From an uncultured Bacteroidaceae bacterium (GTDB taxonomy: Bacteria; Bacillota; Clostridia; Christensenellales; CAG-917), in contig CAZQGE010000001.1 of the NCBI GenBank assembly GCA_964592815.1, positions 1-62,572 on the forward strand: DNA of 62,572 nt, in the 5' to 3' direction. A model generated the notes under the pieces. That model searched no databases, was not told the origin of the DNA, and worked only from the letters and a program-made list of their open reading frames with translations. The translations under genes were made by a program, and so were the position numbers. Positions 19,724 to 28,790 of this stretch are shown here, piece by piece; the first letter of the stretch is position 1, and each line of letters begins with the position of its first letter.

Positions 19724-20686
19724 TTATTCTTGCTCAGAAATTTCAACAAGTTTTCTAAGTCTATGGTTTAAGCAACTTTTTGAAACGCCCAAAATATCTG
19801 CCAACTCGCTTAGTGACGCTTGAGGATATTCCATTCTTGCCCTTGCGGTTTCAAGCAACACAGGCGATAAGTTTTCAAGCCCAACTTCTTCCTCAATAGT
19901 TCCGATTGCCAAAAGTTGTTTTGATGCTGCAGTAAAAGTTTTATCCAAGTTAGCCGCTTCGCAAATTGACGCTCTATTGATGCTGTTTGCGGTTTCTCTT
20001 TCATCGATTATATTTTGAAGTTGCAACACGCATTCATTCAGCTCCATAAAAGCCAGAATTTTGAGGACGTCATCTTTGTCTTTTATATAAGCAAGATAAT
20101 ATGCACCCCACTCGCTAACCTTTGAGTTTATAGCCATTGATTGCATAACTTCGCTTACACTTTCTGCCATACATTCGTCCTCAAACTTAAACTCAAAATG
20201 ATAGCCGTCCTTTTTTTTGTCGTTTGTGTCTATTGACGGAACGTACACTGCTCCACCACCCAAATATAGCCCCTTAAAATAATTTTGAAGCAAATTTTTC
20301 TTGCCTGAAAATCCTTTTGGAACACCTGAAATAAATGAATTCAAGCCTTCTGCGTCTTCTGTCATTAGGCACAAATCAACAAGAGTTTCCTTGCATATTC
20401 CTTGTGGCACGGCAACTTTGTAAACGTCATTTCCTTTTTTAACTCCGCTTTTTGCTTTTTCAACCGACACTTCAAATTCAGCGGGATATATTTGTTTGAG
20501 CATTCCAATTACGGCTCGTGCTTCGGTGTGGTCGCTTAGCGCAATTTCCAAGTTCATTCGCTTTTTTGAAATGGTAATGCTCCCCGTAACTTTTGTCAAA
20601 GCAGACAAAAACGCCAATATTTCGGCTTTTTCACTCGGCAAATTGCCAAGTAATTCTTCAGTTGCAAGTTCCTTAAACTGTCTCAT
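19724..20686 (-). CDS. whiA: DNA-binding protein WhiA
   Basis: 320 aa. LAGLIDADG-like middle domain, then a C-terminal HTH (QASLSELADILGVSKSCLNHRLRKL) preceded by ANLDKTFTAASKQ. Confidence 0.85.
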   Translation of the reverse strand: MRQFKELATEELLGNLPSEKAEILAFLSALTKVTGSITISKKRMNLEIALSDHTEARAVIGMLKQIYPAEFEVSVEKAKSGVKKGNDVYKVAVPQGICKETLVDLCLMTEDAEGLNSFISGVPKGFSGKKNLLQNYFKGLYLGGGAVYVPSIDTNDKKKDGYHFEFKFEDECMAESVSEVMQSMAINSKVSEWGAYYLAYIKDKDDVLKILAFMELNECVLQLQNIIDERETANSINRASICEAANLDKTFTAASKQLLAIGTIEEEVGLENLSPVLLETARARMEYPQASLSELADILGVSKSCLNHRLRKLVEISEQE

Positions 20687-20713
20687 TTTTTCCTTATTTG
20701 TCTATTTTCAAAG

Positions 20714-21472
20714 TCATTTTATACAAACTGATTTTGAATGCGTTTGAATTTCTTTTCCGTTTATGCCATAAACTTTGTTTTTGTCAATGTTATATTTCTC
20801 AATAAAGGCTTCAATTTTCTCTAATTTTCCTACTTGTTTCGCCTTGTGCGCGTCAGAACCGACAACAAAATCTACGTCGGATTTTATTACGTTTTCAATT
20901 TCGCTTTTAAGTGCTTCGATATGTTTTTCATTCAATTCAACCAACACACCTTTATCTTTGGCTTTTTTGCACACTTCATAAACGTCAACAAGACACCTAT
21001 GATTAAGATGACAAAGCGTGTCAACAGGATAATTTTCTAAAATTTTAAGATATATTTCTGTGTTTGATTTCCTTTGTTTTTCTCTTATTTTTTTAGGTCC
21101 CCAACCGTTAACCAACATAAACTTAAAAGTTGAAAGCCAAACTCTAGGCGACAAATAGCGGTGAAAACCTACGTTCAAAATTTGTGTTTTTTCAATTTGC
21201 GACGCCGTCATATCAAGTGTTCCATCACCAAGAATATTAGCCTCTATTCCGTGCAAAATTTTGATTGAATATTCTTGTTCGAGTTGCCTAATTTTACACT
21301 CTTGACGCAAAAATTTTTTATCCGTCATATATTTGATTATACTACAAAACCCGTGGTCTGTAACTGCCACACATTGAAGTCCTGCTTTCTTTGCGCAAAA
21401 TATAACGTCTTTTAGCGGTGAAAAACCGTCGCTGTAATTTGTATGCGTGTGATAATCTGCTGTAATTAGCAT
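20714..21472 (-). CDS. PHP-domain metal-dependent phosphoesterase
   Basis: 252 aa. ADYHTHTNYSDG ... AVTDHG ... GSDAHK histidine/aspartate motifs of the PHP superfamily. Confidence 0.8.
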   Translation of the reverse strand: MLITADYHTHTNYSDGFSPLKDVIFCAKKAGLQCVAVTDHGFCSIIKYMTDKKFLRQECKIRQLEQEYSIKILHGIEANILGDGTLDMTASQIEKTQILNVGFHRYLSPRVWLSTFKFMLVNGWGPKKIREKQRKSNTEIYLKILENYPVDTLCHLNHRCLVDVYEVCKKAKDKGVLVELNEKHIEALKSEIENVIKSDVDFVVGSDAHKAKQVGKLEKIEAFIEKYNIDKNKVYGINGKEIQTHSKSVCIK

Positions 21473-21524
21473 TTTTTCTCCATTATGATTTTAATATTAT
21501 TTATGTTCGTACACCTATATTTTT

Positions 21525-22409
21525 TTACTTTACAAGTTCAAATTCCCTTTCCAAGTTTATGCCGTACTTATATAAGCATACGCCCTCTGCAAGTTCTACC
21601 AAACTCAAAAAATCTGACGTTGTGGCATTTCCCGTGTTGATAAAAAAGTTGGCGTGTTTTTCGGATATTACAACTCCGCCAGTTTTCATACCTTTAAGCC
21701 CCGCCCTGTCCAAAAGTTGTCCAGCTGGCGACTGAGCGTTTTTGAATACACTTCCGCAACTTGCGCCCTTAGGTTGTCTTACGCTTCGTTGCTTCAAATA
21801 GAACTTTGAACGTTGAACAGATTGTTCCGTGTCCAAATTTTCCATTTTGAACTTTGCTTTCAAAACAATTCCTTTGACGCCTTTCCTATACGAAAAATCA
21901 ATTTGTTCCAAGTCTAAGTCCCGCACTAAAGCCGTATATCCAAGTGGTGTGTTGAAAATTTCGGCAACAGTTACGCTTTGCAAAAAATCCTTAATTTCCT
22001 TATTGAATGCGCCCGCATTCATAGCCAATGCACCACCTACTGACGCAGGCACGCCTGACAAGAACTCTAATCCACCCAAATTATGCTCTCTCATTTTTTG
22101 TATGAGATGCGGCAACATAACTCCACAATCTGTTTCAACAATATTTCCTTCAATCGAAACATTATTCAGCCTTTGTGTACATACGACAGTTGATTCAATT
22201 TCTCCGTCATAGAACACCGTGTTTGAACCGCCGCCGAGAATATAGTATGCTCTTTTCTCCGTAGACAGCATTTCCAACAGTTTCAAAAACGCAGGTATGT
22301 CATACGGGAAATATGCGTTTTTTATAATTCCACCGCACTTTATGGTCGTAAGTTTTCTTGCGGATACGTTTGCAACATAGTCAAGTTGAGTTTCAAATAT
22401 ATTAAGCAT
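21525..22409 (-). CDS. murB: UDP-N-acetylenolpyruvoylglucosamine reductase
   Basis: 294 aa. FAD-binding GGGSNTVF, and C-terminal SCGSVFKN ... AGQLLD ... GLKG motifs. Confidence 0.9.
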   Translation of the reverse strand: MLNIFETQLDYVANVSARKLTTIKCGGIIKNAYFPYDIPAFLKLLEMLSTEKRAYYILGGGSNTVFYDGEIESTVVCTQRLNNVSIEGNIVETDCGVMLPHLIQKMREHNLGGLEFLSGVPASVGGALAMNAGAFNKEIKDFLQSVTVAEIFNTPLGYTALVRDLDLEQIDFSYRKGVKGIVLKAKFKMENLDTEQSVQRSKFYLKQRSVRQPKGASCGSVFKNAQSPAGQLLDRAGLKGMKTGGVVISEKHANFFINTGNATTSDFLSLVELAEGVCLYKYGINLEREFELVK

Positions 22410-22441
22410 ATAAGATTATATGCTGTAAGCCTCGAAAATAA

Positions 22442-23377
22442 CTAAATATTGGGGTTATTCATTCGATTTTTCAACAAGGTAAGCGCATCGCGTCCCATTT
22501 CTTTTAGGCGGTAATTTCTTGTTGCCGCTTCAATAACAACAGCCAAATTTCTGCCAGCAGATACGGGAATAATAAGTTTTGGCAACTGCTTCCCAAGAAT
22601 GTCATAGGTGAGTTTTTCATCACCTAAGCGGTCGTAGGCTTTGCCTTGTTGCCACCTTTGCATTTCGATTACCAACTGTATTTTCTTTTGACAAAGTACG
22701 CTTCCAACACCGTACATCGCTTCAACGTCAATAAGCCCAACTCCGCGCAATTCCAAAAAGTTCTGAATTTTGTTGTGCGGATAACCGTAAATTTTGTTCT
22801 TTATACGTTTTGCCACAACCAAATCGTCAGCAACAAGCATCTGCCCTCTATGCACCAATTCCAACGCTGTTTCAGATTTTCCAATTCCGCTTTCGCCGAC
22901 AAGCAGAACTCCAATGCCAGATATATCCAACAACTCGCCGTGAATGGTAACGCTTAACGCTAGCTCCTGCGAAAGATAGTTTGAAACGTCAACCTCGGCT
23001 TGTGACGTTGTCAAATCGGTATAAAACAACGGAATTTCGTGCTGCTTTGCAATTTTAACCATTTCCTCATTCGGAATAACTCCTTGCGTGTAAATAACAC
23101 AAGGTAAATTCCTTGAAAACAGATTTTCGTACCTCGATAATCTTTCAGTTTCAGTCAAACTTTGTAAATACGAATGCTCGGCATTACCAAGCAGTTGCAC
23201 TCGCGCATAGGGGAAATATCCGTCGTATCCAGTAAGCAAAAGCCCTGGACGGTTGGTAGTTTCTGTCGTAACAACCATATCCTTGTCAGGAATGCAAGCA
23301 ACACCAAAATTCAATCTTTTGGCAAATTCCTGAGGATTTATGCTCAAAATTGTCTTAGTAAACTGTGTTTCTACCAT
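22442..23377 (-). CDS. hprK: HPr kinase/phosphorylase
   Basis: 311 aa. P-loop GESGIGKSETALELVHRG, LVADD, and LRGVGLIDV signature. Confidence 0.92.
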   Translation of the reverse strand: MVETQFTKTILSINPQEFAKRLNFGVACIPDKDMVVTTETTNRPGLLLTGYDGYFPYARVQLLGNAEHSYLQSLTETERLSRYENLFSRNLPCVIYTQGVIPNEEMVKIAKQHEIPLFYTDLTTSQAEVDVSNYLSQELALSVTIHGELLDISGIGVLLVGESGIGKSETALELVHRGQMLVADDLVVAKRIKNKIYGYPHNKIQNFLELRGVGLIDVEAMYGVGSVLCQKKIQLVIEMQRWQQGKAYDRLGDEKLTYDILGKQLPKLIIPVSAGRNLAVVIEAATRNYRLKEMGRDALTLLKNRMNNPNI

Positions 23378-23513
23378 TTGATTTTATCTCCTAGCTCCAA
23401 ATATTATACAATAATTTTGTTTCAACTTCAACACAAAACACCAAGCGTATAATGCTAATTTTATGCAATATTCATAGTGTGTTTTGGTTCTTAAAACCAA
23501 AAATTATAGCCTT

Positions 23514-25322
23514 TTAATTATCATCACTTATTTGATTTAGTTGTCCAAGTAGTTTTTCCGCACTTGAAATTGAAAAACCTTCAACCTTTGCAATTTGCTC
23601 TACACTTGCAAATTTTACACCTTCAACAGAACCAAAAGCCTTTAATAAAGCCTTGCACTTCTTCTCACCAATTCCTGAAACGTTCAAAAGCGAGCTTTCG
23701 CTCAACCTCTTGTTCCTTAAATTACGGTGATATGTTATTGCAAATCTGTGCGCTTCGTCACGCACTCGTTGCAACAATTGAAGTCCAACGTTGTCTTTTT
23801 GCAAAATTACAGCTTGTTTTGGATTATCCCTCAAAAAAACTTCTTCTTCTCTCTCAGCAAGTGCAAGCATAGGTATGTCTTGATTTCCTGTTTCGTTTAA
23901 TGCTTCAATGGCATAAGACAGTTGCCCTTTTCCGCCGTCAACCAAAATCAAATCTGGACGGCTAGAAAAACTTTCGTCCTGGTCGTTTAGACGCATAAGC
24001 CTTCTTATAATCACTTCTTTCATTGACGCAAAATCGTTGTTACCTTCAACCTTAACTTTGAATTTACGATAATGCGATTTTTTGCTCTCGCCCCGTTCAA
24101 ATACAACCATACTCGCAACCTTATCCGTACCCGAAACGTGAGAAATGTCAAATGCTTCAATTCGTTTTGGCAACTGTGGCAAGTTTAAGGCTTGCGCAAG
24201 TTGCGCTACTGCGCCCGATGTTCTGATTTCACGTCTTTCTTCATTATCACCATACTTTTCCATAGCATCAAATGCGTTAGAATGAGCAAGTTCCAAAAGC
24301 TGTTTGCGAACGCCCTGTTTTGGCTCGATAATCCTCACCGTATGGTTGCTTAATAAATTTACAGCAGTTTCCAAGCTGTCAGAGTCAGACAACCCGTCTG
24401 CAATAATCTCGTTGCATAACGGTGCGTTTAGAGCGTAATATTGATAAAGATAGCTTCCCAAATCATCATCAGCGCACTTTGAAACGTTGTTTTCTCCACC
24501 AACAAGTTTGCCACCACGCACAATAAGCATACTGACAGAGCAAACAATTCCGTTTGTTTCAAATGCAAATATATCCAAATTGAAATCTTTTGGCAACGCG
24601 CTAACCTGCTTACGCACCAATTTGTCTAAAACCTGAAGTTTGTTGCGGTAATTAAGCGCAACTTCAAAATTTTCCGACTTTGCAAATTCCCTCATTTTTT
24701 GGTTTAAGATTTTTTCAACTTGCTTATCGTTGCCTTTCAAAAATGATATCACCTTTTCAATTTCGGCTTTATACTCGTTTTCGCTTATATTTCCGCTGCA
24801 AGGAGCAAGGCATCTGCCCAAGTGCATATTCAAACAGGGACGTGAGGGCTTTGATAAATCACGGTTGCAATCTCTAACTTGAAATGCTGTGTGAATTAAG
24901 TCGAATATATCTCGAATGTTAACCGATTGCATATAAGGTCCAAAATACTTTGCTCCGTCGTTTTTCAAACGCCTAACTAACTGTATTGTTGGATATTTCT
25001 CTTTAGTATCAATTCGCAAAAACGGATACGATTTGTCGTCTTTAAGCAAAATATTATATCGTGGCGTATGTTTTTTTATCAAATTGTTTTCAGTAACCAA
25101 AGCATCAACTTCACTCGCACAAATGATATACCTAAAATCCGCTATATGCTCAACCATTGCCATAACTTTAACGGTTTTGTTTGATGACACATAAAAATAT
25201 TGACGAAGTCTTTTACGTAGGTTTTTTGCTTTGCCAACGTAAATAATTTCGCCGTCCTTGTCAAGCATAAGATAGACGCCAGGATTTTCTGGAACGTCTT
25301 TTAATTTCTGTTTGATATCCAT
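23514..25322 (-). CDS. uvrC: Excinuclease ABC subunit C
   Basis: 602 aa. GIY-YIG N-terminus (PGVYLMLDKDGEIIYVGKAKNLRKRLRQYF), UVR domain, endonuclease V-like domain, and C-terminal HhH2. Confidence 0.95.
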   Translation of the reverse strand: MDIKQKLKDVPENPGVYLMLDKDGEIIYVGKAKNLRKRLRQYFYVSSNKTVKVMAMVEHIADFRYIICASEVDALVTENNLIKKHTPRYNILLKDDKSYPFLRIDTKEKYPTIQLVRRLKNDGAKYFGPYMQSVNIRDIFDLIHTAFQVRDCNRDLSKPSRPCLNMHLGRCLAPCSGNISENEYKAEIEKVISFLKGNDKQVEKILNQKMREFAKSENFEVALNYRNKLQVLDKLVRKQVSALPKDFNLDIFAFETNGIVCSVSMLIVRGGKLVGGENNVSKCADDDLGSYLYQYYALNAPLCNEIIADGLSDSDSLETAVNLLSNHTVRIIEPKQGVRKQLLELAHSNAFDAMEKYGDNEERREIRTSGAVAQLAQALNLPQLPKRIEAFDISHVSGTDKVASMVVFERGESKKSHYRKFKVKVEGNNDFASMKEVIIRRLMRLNDQDESFSSRPDLILVDGGKGQLSYAIEALNETGNQDIPMLALAEREEEVFLRDNPKQAVILQKDNVGLQLLQRVRDEAHRFAITYHRNLRNKRLSESSLLNVSGIGEKKCKALLKAFGSVEGVKFASVEQIAKVEGFSISSAEKLLGQLNQISDDN

Positions 25323-25674
25323 ACTTTATTATTATAACCCAATCAAAGTTTATAGTAAAGTAAGAGTTAAAATGAAGTCAATTTAGCAATGTTTTCCATA
25401 ATAAACAACCTTCGACACTAATTTTTGTGGCTGTTGAAAACTTAAGATTATATGTAGCGGTTTTGAATTTTCAGATGGCTAATAACAACTGTTTAAGGTA
25501 TTTTTTGAATTTGTGAATAAATTGACTTCAAAAGTTTCTTGAATTGTTTTGCATTTGCATAGAGCTTGACTGCAATGTTTTTGATGCTTTTCGATTTTTG
25601 AAAGCGTTGGCTTAAACGTTATATGCCAATAAAGGCGCGTTATTAAGCAACAAAATTTATGCTTGCCAACACAC

Positions 25675-25866
25675 TTATACGCTGTGGTTGCAAAAACAGT
25701 TTTCTGCGGTTTCAGTATTGCTATCACCCGAACAAGGATCTCCGCAAAAGCACAAAGCGCAAAGTATGCCTAACATAACCGATGCCTCTGTTTTTGATAT
25801 TTCGCCGTCTGCGAAAAATGTCAGCATAACTATCAATAAAAATAAAAACCAATTATTTTCAAACAT
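25675..25866 (-). CDS. Small (63 aa) two-TM, 6-Cys membrane peptide, divergent from the ArsR regulator
   Basis: ATG 25866 is preceded by AAAGGAGCTGT (strong SD). Sequence: MFENNWFLFLLIVMLTFFADGEISKTEASVMLGILCALCFCGDPCSGDSNTETAENCFCNHSV. The ORF-track N-terminal extension has no RBS. Confidence 0.55.
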   Translation of the reverse strand: MFENNWFLFLLIVMLTFFADGEISKTEASVMLGILCALCFCGDPCSGDSNTETAENCFCNHSV

Positions 25867-25882
25867 ACAGCTCCTTTGACTT

Positions 25883-25905
25883 TTTATCACAATATGCTTG
25901 ATAAA
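25883..25905. promoter_or_regulatory. 7-9-7 inverted repeat TTTATCA-N9-TGATAAA in the divergent intergenic region (candidate ArsR operator)
   Basis: Perfect arms at 25883-25889 and 25899-25905. Abuts a possible -35 (TCGACA, 25906-25911) for the ArsR gene. Lies 17 nt upstream of the small peptide ATG. Confidence 0.3.
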
Positions 25906-25949
25906 TCGACAAAGTTACAAATTTTTTTTTATTATTTTTGAGTTAATCT

Positions 25950-26288
25950 TTGATTATGGAAACAATGATTGATAAAGAAACCGAACAAACCGTTAAAGAT
26001 TTTATACCGAAAAACTCAGTCCTTAGCACTCTTTCGGAATTTTTTTATGCTTGCAGCGATGCAACACGCGCAAAAATTATATGCGCGCTTGCAATTTCTG
26101 AAATGTGTGTGGGCGACCTAAGCAAAGTCCTGTCAATAAACCAAACAACTTGTTCTCATCAATTAAGGCTTTTGCGTTCTGCCGAAATCGTTGACCAAAG
26201 ACGTGACGGCAAAGTCATATATTACAGCATAAAAAACCGTCAAATTGAAAACGTTATGCTCGCTGGCGTTGAGTTTTTGCAACTTTAA
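25950..26288 (+). CDS. ArsR/SmtB-family metalloregulator
   Basis: 112 aa. LSEFFYACSDATRAKIICAL..EMCVGDLSKVLSINQTTCSHQLRLLR is a winged-HTH with an alpha3 Cys and an N-terminal Cys. The start is ambiguous: TTG 25950, ATG 25956 or ATG 25965. Confidence 0.85.
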   Translation: MIMETMIDKETEQTVKDFIPKNSVLSTLSEFFYACSDATRAKIICALAISEMCVGDLSKVLSINQTTCSHQLRLLRSAEIVDQRRDGKVIYYSIKNRQIENVMLAGVEFLQL

Positions 26289-26312
26289 TCTGGTATTTTT
26301 TTAACATAAAAA

Positions 26313-26330
26313 GCCGAATGCAGATTCGGC
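26313..26330. terminator. Hairpin terminator between the convergent ArsR gene and membrane protein gene
   Basis: gccgaat / gcag / attcggc. An A-run lies upstream and T-rich sequence downstream. Confidence 0.55.
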
Positions 26331-26404
26331 TAGTTTGTTTATGTTTTTTTTCTTACTTGTTTTGCTTAATTCTCTTATTTTCGACACAGACGGAAAATTA
26401 CTTC

Positions 26405-27199
26405 TCACTTTCTATTTTTTCTTTTATTTTTTTTGTCTTCTTTTTCGGTGTCTTTTTGGTCTTCTGTTCCGTTTCTTTGACTTTCCTCATTTTTTGAGCC
26501 GTCAATGTCACTTACGTTTTGTGGTCTTTCGCTGTGCTTGCCGTCTTGACTTTCAATGCTCTTTTTTTCAAATATCGCTTCACTAAACGGGCTATCCCCT
26601 TCAAACGCATTCAAATCGTTTTCTTCATAAGCGTTTTCGTTTTCTTTTGAAACCTTTTCACGCGTACGCAAAACCTTGTCCATAATCGGCGACATTCTAA
26701 TGAAAATGAATTGCATTGCAAAGTCCACTAAAACAAGAGCAACCGTGCCGACAACAGCTATAACCGCATAGTGAATATTCCCAATTATCGACGGGTCAAT
26801 AAAAATTGTTCCGCATACGAAATACATAAGCGCCAATGCGCCGTTCATATACAAAATTTTAATTGGTAATGAAATGAAAATTTTGATTTTTTTGACGATG
26901 CAAATTGCAAGAAAAATTGACATTGGCCCAAAATAAGCAACATATCCAACGACGGTAAAAATGTCACCCGCAATCAAAAATCCTAAAACTGACGACACAA
27001 TGTATGCGAATATAGCAGAAGAATAATATTTTTTGACAATAGGCGTCATCAAAGCGCACCCTGCTCCAATATAAAATGCCACCGTGCTAAAACGCACCAA
27101 AACAGATAAGCCTACAAACAGCAACGCAACTGCGGTTGATATTCCCGCAAGCGCAATTCGATATATGGCTTCTTGCCTGTCAATCTTAATTTTTTTCAT
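26405..27199 (-). CDS. Polytopic membrane protein of unknown function with a K/E/D-rich C-terminal tail
   Basis: 264 aa. About 5-6 TM helices (IALAGISTAVALLFVGLSVLV ...). The last ~90 aa are highly charged (..EDQKDTEKEDKKNKRKNRK). I recognise no family motif. Confidence 0.7.
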   Translation of the reverse strand: MKKIKIDRQEAIYRIALAGISTAVALLFVGLSVLVRFSTVAFYIGAGCALMTPIVKKYYSSAIFAYIVSSVLGFLIAGDIFTVVGYVAYFGPMSIFLAICIVKKIKIFISLPIKILYMNGALALMYFVCGTIFIDPSIIGNIHYAVIAVVGTVALVLVDFAMQFIFIRMSPIMDKVLRTREKVSKENENAYEENDLNAFEGDSPFSEAIFEKKSIESQDGKHSERPQNVSDIDGSKNEESQRNGTEDQKDTEKEDKKNKRKNRK

Positions 27200-27208
27200 A
27201 GTTTACCT

Positions 27209-27233
27209 AAAAAAGAGAGCGTAAAAGCTCTCT
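27209..27233 (-). terminator. Rho-independent terminator after the J-like gene
   Basis: agagagc / gtaaaa / gctctct. The A-run 27209-27214 gives the T-run on the minus strand. That T-tract runs into the weak RBS (AGGT) of the next gene. Confidence 0.55.
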
Positions 27234-27240
27234 AAAAATG

Positions 27241-27885
27241 TTAACAACACGAAATCAAGTCGCCACCCATACATTCGCAACAACAGTCCGCGCACCATAA
27301 TGTTTGACACGCCGCGCATAAGCCATCACCAGCAGTCGAGTTTTGGTTAGGTTGACTGTAAGAACGATTTGTTTGAGTGTAAGTAGTTTGAGTTTGCTCT
27401 TTTTGTGCGTTATTTTCAAATGGACGCGCTCCGTTGATTTTCTTTTTCAAGTTTTCCAAAGCACGCAAATACTTTTCGTTGCCTGGTTCAAGCTCCAACG
27501 CAATTTCAAGTTGTGATTTGCTATCGTTTAGCCAGCTTTTTTCATAGAAAATAATAGATTGAAAGTAGTGCCATTCTGCGTTTCTGTAAGAAATATTATC
27601 AAGAATACGCTGCGCTTCCTCGGGTTTTTTATCCTTTAATGCTTGCTTAACGTCATCAAAACTCGCGGGTTGTTCTGAAACAGTTGCGCCTTCGTGACTC
27701 AATTCCATAGCAACTTGATAGGCGTTGTCCAACTCCTCCAATCTTCTTGCGGCTTCTGCGCCCGCTTCGCCCTCATCAAAAACGTGCTGAGAAAAATATT
27801 CTCGCTTGGTTTTGTAAGCATCAAGTATTTCACTTTGTGATGAATTTTTGGCAATTCCTAAAACTACAAACGGGTCAGTTGGCAT
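27241..27885 (-). CDS. Degenerate J-domain / TPR protein with poly-Cys C-terminal tail
   Basis: 214 aa. DPFVVLGIAKNSSQSEILDAYKTKREYF...LEELDNAYQV is J-like but has no HPD tripeptide. A TPR-like middle region follows. C-terminus is CAACQTLWCADCCCECMGGDLISCC. Confidence 0.75.
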   Translation of the reverse strand: MPTDPFVVLGIAKNSSQSEILDAYKTKREYFSQHVFDEGEAGAEAARRLEELDNAYQVAMELSHEGATVSEQPASFDDVKQALKDKKPEEAQRILDNISYRNAEWHYFQSIIFYEKSWLNDSKSQLEIALELEPGNEKYLRALENLKKKINGARPFENNAQKEQTQTTYTQTNRSYSQPNQNSTAGDGLCAACQTLWCADCCCECMGGDLISCC

Positions 27886-28724
27886 TTTGTTTCTCCTTTT
27901 AACAATCGCTCCATTTGTTTGAGCATACCAAGGTAAATAGTGTTTGAAAGTACGCCCTCACATAAAACGATTTTCATTTTGTTGTAACTTTCAACAATTC
28001 TGTTATAAGTTGAACGCAACAAAAACGAAAGTTCATCTTGATTATCGGCTAGATATGCGGTTTTATCCAAACATTGTCCAAAATTTAGCAATATCGGATT
28101 ATATCGTTTATCCTTTGTATCCTTTTCAATGTCGTCAACAGCATCAAAAAGATATACAAGCCTACCTAAATTATATGTAAAAATGTCTATGTTGTCATCT
28201 GTTTTTATCAATTCACGCGTAATATCACGCATTAGTGACGCAAAACAATCTGCAACTTGGTCAATACTTTTGCATTGTTCCTTCTCAAATTTTGCTAAAT
28301 CAGAAAAGCGTTGTTTCATCAATTTGTCAATTTGTGGCAAGTGCTTTGCCGCCTTTCGTTTTCTAAGATACAATCTCCACTTGATAGGCGCGCGATATTT
28401 TTTTCCGTCTTGTATGTCGTCTTCAACGTTATAATAAACAAGCAAAACGGATAAATCTGCAACTTTCATTGTGAGTTCGTCGGCGTCAACAACAGGTTTC
28501 TTTTTCCCAGTTATAAAACACCACTCTTTGCGAACTCCAACCATTGTGTCAGAAAGCGAATGTAACAAAGCGTTATAAAAAGTAGTATCGTAATTTGTGC
28601 AAAATCTAGTAATAGGCGACCCCGATTTGCCAAGAGCTTTGCATAAACCGCAATAAAACCCTTGAAAAACCGTAAAGTCTTTAATATACATATTGTCTTT
28701 ATCGGGTATCACATATCCGAACAT
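27864..28724 (-). CDS. DUF5685-like protein (function unknown)
   Basis: 286 aa. N-terminus MFGYVIPDKDNMYIKDFTVFQGFYCGLCKALG matches my recollection of the DUF5685 family. The 3' end overlaps the J-like gene by 22 nt. Confidence 0.7.
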   Translation of the reverse strand: MFGYVIPDKDNMYIKDFTVFQGFYCGLCKALGKSGSPITRFCTNYDTTFYNALLHSLSDTMVGVRKEWCFITGKKKPVVDADELTMKVADLSVLLVYYNVEDDIQDGKKYRAPIKWRLYLRKRKAAKHLPQIDKLMKQRFSDLAKFEKEQCKSIDQVADCFASLMRDITRELIKTDDNIDIFTYNLGRLVYLFDAVDDIEKDTKDKRYNPILLNFGQCLDKTAYLADNQDELSFLLRSTYNRIVESYNKMKIVLCEGVLSNTIYLGMLKQMERLLKGETKCQLTRL

Positions 28725-28790
28725 AGCGTTTCCTTTATGGATAGATTATAGCCTTGTCACCTTAAACAAACCTTAATTTACAATTTTTTA

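Noticed and set aside
23481-23501. AT-only hairpin (ttttggtt/ctta/aaccaaaa) downstream of uvrC, considered as a terminator.
   Set aside because: The stem is entirely A/T plus two G-C pairs. No T-run follows on the minus strand. Too weak to call.
25479-25727. 82-aa K/C-rich ORF overlapping the 3' end of the small Cys-rich peptide gene. I considered whether it is a second peptide or a frameshifted continuation.
   Set aside because: It starts at a GTG with no purine-rich SD (upstream is GATCCTTGTTCGG). It overlaps the better-supported ORF by 53 nt in another frame. I recognise no motif in it. Only conservation analysis could revive it.
26335-26586. 83-aa plus-strand ORF (MFMFFFLLVLL...) after the ArsR terminator.
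   Set aside because: It is antisense to the charged tail of the membrane protein gene. Its F/L-rich product simply mirrors the K/E-rich coding strand. No RBS.
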